A stretch of DNA of 53,093 bases from positions 1 to 53,093 of the forward strand of contig CAYZOC010000002.1 of assembly GCA_964480275.1 (NCBI GenBank), written 5' to 3'. Positions within the stretch are counted from its first letter, which is position 1. Every line of letters begins with the position of its first letter. This document shows, one piece after another, positions 33,156 through 40,813 of the stretch. A model generated the notes under the pieces. That model saw only the letters and a program-made list of their open reading frames with translations. It was not told where the DNA came from and did not search any database. The position numbers were made by a program, and so were the translations under genes. This DNA is from an uncultured Staphylococcaceae bacterium. GTDB lineage: Bacteria; Bacillota_I; Bacilli_A; RFN20; CAG-826.

Positions 33156-34144
33156 TTCCAGCTTGAATAAGGTAGCATTACTTCATACATCATGACGGCA
33201 AACTCATAATCATTATTAGGATTATCCACGCCATTAGGCTTAATTATATCGTGATCAACAAGTTCGAATTCAATCGACATTGCGTTGGCTCTTTTTATTA
33301 TGTCGCTATCTTGAGCAAAAATATCACTAAAATAGAGGTGAATAATATTGGTTTGTAGCGATTCATCAGAAACTAAATTTTCAATCGGAATATTGAGTGT
33401 CACTTTACTAGCATCGTTGCTAATTGTTTCTTCAATGTAGAAAGATAATTTCAAAACAACACTAACACTCGTAACACGGGCTTGCCCAATTTCGAAATAT
33501 GGAATATTTGAGCCCCCGCGCAGTGAAAGTGTGAGGGCATGATAATCAGTTATTTCATAGTCAAATTGCTTACCAAAGCCCTGTTCTTTTATTTGAACAC
33601 GCACTAGTGAGCCTGAACCATCACAAGCCAACAAACCTTCGGTAAGTTTGGAAAACATTCCATGTTTAAAATAACTATTTATTCTTTCATCATTTTGGTG
33701 TTGACTTGAAAGTTTATGTTCTTTGGCATAATTAAACCATGTCGCTTTAGTTGAATTTTTCATTGCCTCAATAAACGCTTCAAAATAGCCTATTTCACTA
33801 GCATAATTTTCTTCTTTAATGGCCTTGACGTTATCATCTCCATAAAGATCAATCATTTGTTGTTTCGTAATATAACCCTTGCTGAAATCCTTAAAGATTG
33901 CATCATCAAAAGCTTTATTAAATACACTTGATTGATAAAACTGGTTTTCGTTAAGCGTAAAAACTGTTTCACTATCACTATATTTGTCGGCCTTCAATTC
34001 GTCAGGGAAGTCGGTATAATAATTGAGTGTAAAATCGTTGGTGTGAAACTGTCCCTGATCATAAACCTCATTAACAGCGCCTTTACAGCCTGTTAAAATT
34101 AAGCCTAAAAGCGGAATAAGGAGTGATTTTTTTGTTTTACTCAT
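33152..34144 (-). CDS. Lipoprotein, unknown function
   Basis: ORF trimmed to the ATG at 34142-34144. MSKTKKSLLIPLLGLILTGC carries a lipobox. It overlaps the upstream Wzy-like gene by 8 nt (ATGAGTAA). I recognise no motif. Confidence 0.7.
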   Translation of the reverse strand: MSKTKKSLLIPLLGLILTGCKGAVNEVYDQGQFHTNDFTLNYYTDFPDELKADKYSDSETVFTLNENQFYQSSVFNKAFDDAIFKDFSKGYITKQQMIDLYGDDNVKAIKEENYASEIGYFEAFIEAMKNSTKATWFNYAKEHKLSSQHQNDERINSYFKHGMFSKLTEGLLACDGSGSLVRVQIKEQGFGKQFDYEITDYHALTLSLRGGSNIPYFEIGQARVTSVSVVLKLSFYIEETISNDASKVTLNIPIENLVSDESLQTNIIHLYFSDIFAQDSDIIKRANAMSIEFELVDHDIIKPNGVDNPNNDYEFAVMMYEVMLPYSSWN

Positions 34145-35564
34145 GATTTTTAACCTCCTCAAGTTTAGGTTTACTAGCAGTTTTTGCAATGTACATATAT
34201 CCAATTAAAAAGAGGCTAATTGCAAATTCTTTCGATTCAACAAACGGAAAATAATTAACGCTCCAATAACTATCATCATACGATAATTGATTGAATGGAT
34301 AATAAAACATATAACGGGCAAATAATGTAATGAGGAAAGCTAAAATCATATATTTAACTATTGCCCCATCCTTATCACTATTTATATAATCAATTGCAAT
34401 TTTTATAGCCACAACTAGGAAGGTAAGGAAAGCAATACCACCAATAAGTCCTGTTTCTCTAACCATATCTAAAAGAATATTTCCACTGGGGAACGTAGTA
34501 AAAACTGGTTCTACTTCCGTTAAATTAAAAGGGTTACCAAAAATATAATTAAAATCCAAGGACTCTTTAATTATCCCCATATATCTAGCGGTATATCCAT
34601 TATAAAATAGCCGGTTGCTAATTGGGTTGCTCTTGATAATATTGACAATAAATTCAACTTCAAAACTTGCGAGCACCCCAATAAAAACAAGTAGAACTAT
34701 AAATCCTAATATGCTTAAAACTGCAGTTTTAAAATATTTCATCTTGTGGACATTAAATTTAATCATTAAGGCTATTAATAGCGCAGGAAGCAAGAAGACA
34801 AGATGAATAAAACTTGTTAATAAAACAACACTTAATAGGCCAATAATGGCAAACGCAATAAGAAAATAGATATATTTCCTATCAATAAAATCCCTATAAA
34901 AAATCAGCGCAAATGCTGGTGAGGCGACAACTAGTCCCATCGTCACAAGAATATGATGATGAACGGTGGCAATCGAAAATCCCATTAATAAATTTGCTTG
35001 TGTCGCGATTGGATAAGGACTGGCCTCATAATAATTTACTTGACCGGCGTAAACTATACGATGGAAAAATCCATAGTTAACTAGTGTTGCTAGCATAGAA
35101 ATAAGTAATAGCGTTGCAATGCCACCAAAAATCAAGAAAATAAAGTTATATTTAGATAATAGATTTGTTCGCGAGACAAAATAACCAAGGAAAAGAAATG
35201 AAATCGCCCCAACAAATGTTGCTAGTAATTGGAAAAATCCGCGATTTAATAGTGTAACTGATTGGCTTGGAATTAGCCCTTCTTGAATAGAAAAAACAGG
35301 TGAAAATGTCACTGATAACAAATATATTACAAGTGGTAGGAAAACAAAGATAAACCCACGAGCGATGTCGTCGTTGAGTGTCTTTAAAAATGTTGGTAAG
35401 AGTATAAGCGCTAAAACAAAGGCGATAAGTCGATAAGCAATACCTAAATCCCCTAAGTTAAACGCTAAAAGAAACATAAGTTCAACAACTAGAAAAAGTG
35501 CAATCGGCACAATTTTTTGCTTGTATGTCTCATTGTTTAATATTTTTTCAATCACCAGTAACAC
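34137..35564 (-). CDS. Polytopic membrane protein, Wzy/O-antigen-ligase-like polymerase candidate
   Basis: 475 aa, >=10 TM. It sits in a glycan locus next to a flippase. The start is GTG at 35564, or the in-frame GTG at 35555 (GTGA overlap, AAGGGG upstream). The assignment rests on topology and context only. Confidence 0.45.
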   Translation of the reverse strand: MLLVIEKILNNETYKQKIVPIALFLVVELMFLLAFNLGDLGIAYRLIAFVLALILLPTFLKTLNDDIARGFIFVFLPLVIYLLSVTFSPVFSIQEGLIPSQSVTLLNRGFFQLLATFVGAISFLFLGYFVSRTNLLSKYNFIFLIFGGIATLLLISMLATLVNYGFFHRIVYAGQVNYYEASPYPIATQANLLMGFSIATVHHHILVTMGLVVASPAFALIFYRDFIDRKYIYFLIAFAIIGLLSVVLLTSFIHLVFLLPALLIALMIKFNVHKMKYFKTAVLSILGFIVLLVFIGVLASFEVEFIVNIIKSNPISNRLFYNGYTARYMGIIKESLDFNYIFGNPFNLTEVEPVFTTFPSGNILLDMVRETGLIGGIAFLTFLVVAIKIAIDYINSDKDGAIVKYMILAFLITLFARYMFYYPFNQLSYDDSYWSVNYFPFVESKEFAISLFLIGYMYIAKTASKPKLEEVKNHE

Positions 35565-36499
35565 CCCTTTTCAACTTTTTGAAATCCCGTCGGTCTGTCT
35601 TTCGGCCGAACCCATTGTTCATTTATATGCTTTTTGACATACTCACGATCCTCCCACCGTCGACCAATGATACCAAATAACAATTGGGTCGCACCGCCTG
35701 TTTGAATCGCTTGTTTGTTGAGTGAACGAATATAAAGACAAAGCGGGCTACCATACGCTCCCGCTCCGACTAGAGCAACGTCAAAATCTAACTTGAGAAT
35801 TTCCACTTTCATAAAATCAAGCGCTTCAAACCAATTCCCAAATCGGGGGTCAACCTGATCGGCAATTGTTTGGACCGCCTTAATTGTCATTAATTCAAAA
35901 GCTGGAAGTATATCACTATTGTTAGGAAATAATAGTGTCCGTTTCTTGTATTGCTCTTCAATCTGCTCGGAAAACGGTGAGATTACAAGGACACGCTTCC
36001 CTTTTAATAAGTGTGACCATTGACCAATAAGGGGGTCAAGTGTCCAATTTTGAATTGGTTGGGCATTAAAAGCAAAGTTACGATAAAAGTAATTTTCCAT
36101 ATGAAGACCACTAATTCCAAGCACGTCGGTTTCTGAGAGGTGATTAAACATGTACTTTGAATAATGGGTAAGATTATCCTGGGTTGTTGGATAAAATCCG
36201 GTGTTTTTTTTCATTGATGTTACAACACTTTGCTTAAATTTTTTAGCAAAACCTAGACGAATTTTTTCATAGTTATTAAGACATGAAAGTTCAACCGCAC
36301 CAAAGCGAATCGCGGCAAATGGTGTGTTGGATCGTAGAAGATCAAATAGTATTCCTGAACCCTGCTGTAGTGTAATCTGTTTGACCGAACCAACTTGGTC
36401 AGTTTTAGGTTTGATGCGAAAAAACTTGTACTTGAGTACAGCCGGCGCACTTTTTAGAAAGTCGATGATATATGAAAAACGATTTCTTTTAGGTTTCAT
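35552..36499 (-). CDS. Hypothetical protein, distantly GT-D-fold (DUF1792)-like putative glycosyltransferase
   Basis: 315 aa. AAIRFGAVE (compare the RFGDGE motif of DUF1792), KRVLVISPF, and DVALVGAGAYGSPLCLYIRSLNKQAIQTGG (compare LGPTAKVLAY.L...GYQAIDIGH). The similarity is recalled, not computed. Confidence 0.35.
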   Translation of the reverse strand: MKPKRNRFSYIIDFLKSAPAVLKYKFFRIKPKTDQVGSVKQITLQQGSGILFDLLRSNTPFAAIRFGAVELSCLNNYEKIRLGFAKKFKQSVVTSMKKNTGFYPTTQDNLTHYSKYMFNHLSETDVLGISGLHMENYFYRNFAFNAQPIQNWTLDPLIGQWSHLLKGKRVLVISPFSEQIEEQYKKRTLLFPNNSDILPAFELMTIKAVQTIADQVDPRFGNWFEALDFMKVEILKLDFDVALVGAGAYGSPLCLYIRSLNKQAIQTGGATQLLFGIIGRRWEDREYVKKHINEQWVRPKDRPTGFQKVEKGCYW

Positions 36500-36501
36500 A
36501 A

Positions 36502-37197
36502 CTATTTAATATTATACATTAAAACTGTGCGAATTATATAACTAGCTATAGATAGGCCAAATGCTGGCGGAACAAAAGGTGAACTTGATGGCGTTCTTGA
36601 CCCTGTTTTAAAGGGCGCTTCTAAACTTGCGACAACTGGCAGATGTTTGAGGCCGATTTTCCGGAGCTCACTACGAATTATTTTCGCAAATGGATCATAA
36701 CTAGTCTTTGATAAATCCATGACTACAACTTGTGTTGGATCAAGACGATTACCTGCCGCCATCGAGGAAATGATATTAATATCTTTTTTTAGACAGTAAA
36801 TTATCAGTGCCAATTTGTCTTTTATCGAGTCAATCGCGTCAACGACAAAATCATATTCACAAAGATTAAAATCATCTAAATTAGTAGCATTAACTTCTTT
36901 TTTCTCATATTCAACACAAATACTAGGATTGATATCCTTAATCCGTTGGGCTAAAACAGCAACTTTATCATGGCCAATCGTCGAATCTAAGGCAACGATT
37001 TGTCGATTTGTGTTTGATATCTCAACGACGTCACGGTCAACAAGTTTTATTTTAGAAATTCCAGCTCTAGCAAGGCTTTCGGCGGCTTGACCACCAACAC
37101 CACCAACACCAAAAACAACTACTTTAAGCTCATTTATCCGTGCAAGTCCTTGTTCGCCAACAAGCATTTCCATCCGTAAAAATCGATTATTTTCCAT
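36502..37197 (-). CDS. tcdA: tRNA threonylcarbamoyladenosine dehydratase (ThiF/E1-like, TcdA/YrvM family)
   Basis: RF.R...L.G..GL..L....V.V.GVGGVGG.AAE.LAR.GI..I.LVD.D.V..SN.NRQ is the E1-like Rossmann motif. The ~230-aa size is typical of TcdA. Confidence 0.8.
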   Translation of the reverse strand: MENNRFLRMEMLVGEQGLARINELKVVVFGVGGVGGQAAESLARAGISKIKLVDRDVVEISNTNRQIVALDSTIGHDKVAVLAQRIKDINPSICVEYEKKEVNATNLDDFNLCEYDFVVDAIDSIKDKLALIIYCLKKDINIISSMAAGNRLDPTQVVVMDLSKTSYDPFAKIIRSELRKIGLKHLPVVASLEAPFKTGSRTPSSSPFVPPAFGLSIASYIIRTVLMYNIK

Positions 37198-38140
37198 GAA
37201 TAAACTCCCTGATAGCCGGGTAGACTATTTCTGGAGCGTAACGCATTGACTCACAGTGACTCGCATTATCCACTCTGATTAGTTTCTTAGAACTACTGCA
37301 AGCTTTAAAGTTTTTTATCGTCATATTAAAAGGAACAAAATCATCTCCCGTTCCATGAATAAATAGCACTGGTACTTTGCTATTTTTCTTGACCTCTTTG
37401 GTGACAGTCGTCTCATTCATGGAAAATTTAGCAAAAATTTTACAATATAAATTGATGCCAAAGTATAAAATCTTAGGTTTGAATTTCACGACTTTTTTGC
37501 CAGTATGTAAGGCAATTCCACTTGGGCGACTATAACCAGAGTCGGCGACAATACCCTTAAGAGTTGGTGGAAGACCACTCAATCCACTTGTTAATAGAAC
37601 AGTTGCCGCCCCCATCGAGATACCACTTAAATAAATTTCTTTTTTTCCCTTAAATCTTTCATCAAGGTAAAAAATCCATTCGCGTACATCATAACGCTCC
37701 CGAATCCCAAAAGTTGTATAAGCGCCGCCGCTTAACCCACAACCCCTTTGATCAATAATTAAGAGGTTAGTGTTGAGTTGTTCATATAAATCATTTTGTA
37801 TACCAATATCATTTAATCCGCTTGAATAGTAGCCATGAACAAAAATTATTATTTTATTACTCTTTTTATTCTCATAAAAATAACCATGTAACTTAGTGTC
37901 CATGTTATATATTTCAATGTCTTCATGTTTTTTACGACTGTATTTTTGCTTGATTTGTTCCATCGAGCCAAGATATCGAGCCCATCTTATGCCAAATAAT
38001 TGACCATATAAAATAGTACGATTTAGACGAAAACGGCTAAAAACAAGGCCAAAAGTAATATTTACAATTGTAAAATAGGTCGAAAAAAGTAAGACGATTC
38101 CACCAATAATTGATAGTAAGATAATTAGCCAAGGTTCCAT
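37187..38140 (-). CDS. Membrane-anchored alpha/beta hydrolase
   Basis: N-terminal TM helix. FVHGYYSSG, nucleophile elbow GISMGA, and HGTGDDFVP...H form a serine hydrolase triad pattern. Confidence 0.75.
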   Translation of the reverse strand: MEPWLIILLSIIGGIVLLFSTYFTIVNITFGLVFSRFRLNRTILYGQLFGIRWARYLGSMEQIKQKYSRKKHEDIEIYNMDTKLHGYFYENKKSNKIIIFVHGYYSSGLNDIGIQNDLYEQLNTNLLIIDQRGCGLSGGAYTTFGIRERYDVREWIFYLDERFKGKKEIYLSGISMGAATVLLTSGLSGLPPTLKGIVADSGYSRPSGIALHTGKKVVKFKPKILYFGINLYCKIFAKFSMNETTVTKEVKKNSKVPVLFIHGTGDDFVPFNMTIKNFKACSSSKKLIRVDNASHCESMRYAPEIVYPAIREFIHGK

Positions 38141-38284
38141 ATATGGATTATAACAAATTTGTTGGAATTAATTGCTGTTTAAACATCAAATAAAGGATTT
38201 TTTTCTAATTCAGTGTATTTCTATTTAATATCAAAAATAGAGGAGTATAATAGTTTTCGGTTGACAAAAAGATTGGAGAAAATT

Positions 38285-40759
38285 ATGGCAAAAATACTAA
38301 TTGTTGGTGGTGTTGCAGGTGGTGCAACCGTCGCAACAAGATTAAGAAGACTTAGTGAAGTTGATGATATCATCATGTTTGAAAAGGATGAATTTATCTC
38401 GTTTGCTAACTGTGGACTCCCTTATTATATTGGAGGCGTCATAAAAACAAGAGATCGTCTTGTCGTTGAAACAATTGAGGGGCTTAAGGAAAAATTTAAT
38501 ATTGATATTAGAAACTTTTCCGAAGTTATTAATATTAATCGTCAAACTAAGACTATCACGGTTAAAAATGTTCAAACTGGTGAAACGTATGAAGAAAGTT
38601 ATGACAAACTCATTCTTTCTCCTGGCGCAAAACCAATTAGAATTCCAACCCCCGGTCTTGATAAGGCTAATAACGTTTTCACCCTAAGGAATATACCTGA
38701 CACCGATAAAATTAAAAATTTTATCAATGAGAACAAACCCAAAAAGGCTGTTATTGTTGGTGGTGGATTTATTGGTATTGAAATGGCGGAAAACTTTATC
38801 GAACAAAAAATCGAAGCAACTATTGTTGATCTTGCTGATCAAATACTAGCTCCATTAGATTTTGAAATGGCAAAATTGGCGCAAAATGAAATGGAAAACA
38901 ATGGTGTTCGTTTTGAACTTGGTACAGTCGTTAGTGAATATAAAGATAATGGAAAAACTGTCGTATTAAAAAATGGCAAAGTCCTTGAGGCTGATTTTGT
39001 TATCTTAGCAATTGGTGTTAAACCAGAGAGTACACTAGCAGCACTAGCAAACTTAAAAGTTGGCCCGCGCGGTCACATTGTTACAACTAAGACGCTACAA
39101 ACACTTGATGAAGCTTCTAATAAAGTCGAAGAAGACATTTACGCAATTGGCGATGCAATTGAAGTATATGATTATATAGATGATTCAAAAACGGCAATCG
39201 CCCTAGCTTGGCCAGCCAATCGTCAAGGTCGTCTTGTTGCCGATCATATTCACGGATATAAGGTTAGCTATAAGGGCTCGCTTGGCTCATCAGTAGTCAA
39301 AATATTTGATAGTATTGCGGCCTCCACTGGTAACAATGAAAAAACCCTTAAACGTAAAGGTGTTGAATACGAAGTTCAATATGTAACTAGAGGCAACCAT
39401 GCTGGATATTATCCTGATGCCCAAGAGATGATTATCAAAGTGTTATTTGATCAAAACTCGGGGAAAATCTTTGGCGCTCAAGCTTTTGGACATATTGGCA
39501 CAGAAAAAAGGATTGATGTGATTGCTACTGCCATAAAGGGTGGACTAACAATCGAAGATCTTGCTGATTTAGAATTATGTTATGCCCCGCCATTTTCAAG
39601 TGCAAAAGATCCAGTTAATATTGTTGGCTACGCTGCAAGTAATGTTAAACAGGGTATTTATAAGACTGTTCGTTACTACGAGATTGATGACATCATTAAA
39701 AATGGTGGCCTCGTAGTGGATGCTCGCACAAAGTTAGAATACGATATTCATCATATTGAAGGTGCCGTTAATATTCCACAAGTCGAAATGAGAAATCGCC
39801 TTGATGAATTCCCAAGTGACAAAAATACAGCAATTTACCTATACTGCAACATTGGCCACACCGGTTACCTTGCAGTCCAAATACTACGTGGACATGGTTA
39901 CCAAAATATTTACAATCTAGCTGGTGGCATTAAGATGTATAGTTCGGTCTATCAATTTAAGGCCAACGAAACACCAATTGAATTCCACAATCCTGAAGAA
40001 AGAATTATCGAGGAAGAAAAAATGACAGACACGAAAAAAATTACCGTTGATGCTTGTGGCTTACAGTGCCCAGGTCCAATCATGGAAACTTATAAGGCAA
40101 TCCAAACGATGAATGATGGCGATGTTCTTGTCGTTGAAGCAACAGATAGCGGCTTCCAAAAAGATGTAGAAAAATGGACTAAGAGCACCGGTAATACATT
40201 AGTGAGTGTCGTTAAAGATGGAAATATTTATCGGGCAACCCTTAAAAAAGGTGGGATTAAAAAAGATGAATTAAACGTTCCAACAAGTAACGCAAATACA
40301 ACAATTGTTCTCTTTAGTGGCGATTTAGACAAGGCTCTTGCTTCACTAATTATTGCCCAAGGCGCTAAGGCAATGGGTAAAAATGTCACTATTTTTGCAA
40401 CATTCTGGGGACTTAATTTGCTTAGAAAACCTAGTAAAACCAAGGTTAAAAAGCCCTTTATTGAAAAAATGTTTTCAATGATGATGCCCCGTGGCGCTAA
40501 AAAGATGAAAATTTCAAAAATGAATTTCGGTGGTGCTGGCACTTCGATGATTAAGGGCGTGATGAAAAAGAAAAATGTCCGTTCTCTCCAACAACAGCTT
40601 CAAGATGCTCTTGATAGTGGTGTAAACTTTATTGCCTGCACAATGTCGATGGACATCATGGGAATTCGTAGGGAAGAATTAATCGATGGAATTGACTATG
40701 CCGGTGTTGCTAGTTATTTATCGGAAAGCGAAACAGCAGGAATTACCCTCTTTATCTAG
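38285..40759 (+). CDS. Four-domain CoA-disulfide/persulfide reductase-type flavoprotein: FAD/NAD(P) oxidoreductase, rhodanese, TusA/SirA-like and DsrE/DsrF-like domains
   Basis: ORF (GTG 38213) trimmed to the ATG at 38285, with GGAGAA SD. Dinucleotide fold IVGGVAGG. Redox Cys43 in SFANCGLPYY. Second Rossmann VGGGFIGIE. Rhodanese loop YCNIGHTG. TusA motif DACGLQCPGPIM. The C-terminal TIVLFSGDLDKA....FATFWGL...FIACTMSMD region is DsrE-like. Confidence 0.85.
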   Translation: MAKILIVGGVAGGATVATRLRRLSEVDDIIMFEKDEFISFANCGLPYYIGGVIKTRDRLVVETIEGLKEKFNIDIRNFSEVININRQTKTITVKNVQTGETYEESYDKLILSPGAKPIRIPTPGLDKANNVFTLRNIPDTDKIKNFINENKPKKAVIVGGGFIGIEMAENFIEQKIEATIVDLADQILAPLDFEMAKLAQNEMENNGVRFELGTVVSEYKDNGKTVVLKNGKVLEADFVILAIGVKPESTLAALANLKVGPRGHIVTTKTLQTLDEASNKVEEDIYAIGDAIEVYDYIDDSKTAIALAWPANRQGRLVADHIHGYKVSYKGSLGSSVVKIFDSIAASTGNNEKTLKRKGVEYEVQYVTRGNHAGYYPDAQEMIIKVLFDQNSGKIFGAQAFGHIGTEKRIDVIATAIKGGLTIEDLADLELCYAPPFSSAKDPVNIVGYAASNVKQGIYKTVRYYEIDDIIKNGGLVVDARTKLEYDIHHIEGAVNIPQVEMRNRLDEFPSDKNTAIYLYCNIGHTGYLAVQILRGHGYQNIYNLAGGIKMYSSVYQFKANETPIEFHNPEERIIEEEKMTDTKKITVDACGLQCPGPIMETYKAIQTMNDGDVLVVEATDSGFQKDVEKWTKSTGNTLVSVVKDGNIYRATLKKGGIKKDELNVPTSNANTTIVLFSGDLDKALASLIIAQGAKAMGKNVTIFATFWGLNLLRKPSKTKVKKPFIEKMFSMMMPRGAKKMKISKMNFGGAGTSMIKGVMKKKNVRSLQQQLQDALDSGVNFIACTMSMDIMGIRREELIDGIDYAGVASYLSESETAGITLFI

Positions 40760-40765
40760 TCAAAC

Positions 40766-40812
40766 TAAAAAGCAGACCTTAACTTTGATAATCAAATTGG
40801 TCTGCTTTTTTT
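40766..40812. terminator. Bidirectional rho-independent terminator between the convergent oxidoreductase and pfk genes
   Basis: AAAAAGCAGACC (40767-40778), a 20-nt loop, then GGTCTGCTTTTTT (40799-40812). A- and T-tracts flank both sides. Confidence 0.85.
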
Positions 40813-40813
40813 A

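Noticed and set aside
38176-38185. 10-bp palindrome TGTTTAAACA in the divergent region between the alpha/beta hydrolase gene and the CoADR-fusion gene.
   Set aside because: It is short and AT-rich, so it is expected by chance in this composition. It is not positioned over the best promoter candidate (TTTAAT-16-TATAAT at 38224-38251).
38213-38284. 5' extensions in the ORF track that begin at TTG or GTG: 38213, 28396, 13341, 7220, 21884, 24956, 28437, 43316, 5187, 578, 34204 and 52949.
   Set aside because: In each case an in-frame ATG with a better-placed SD gives the conserved N-terminus. The extension also overlaps the upstream gene or a promoter. Coordinates were trimmed accordingly.
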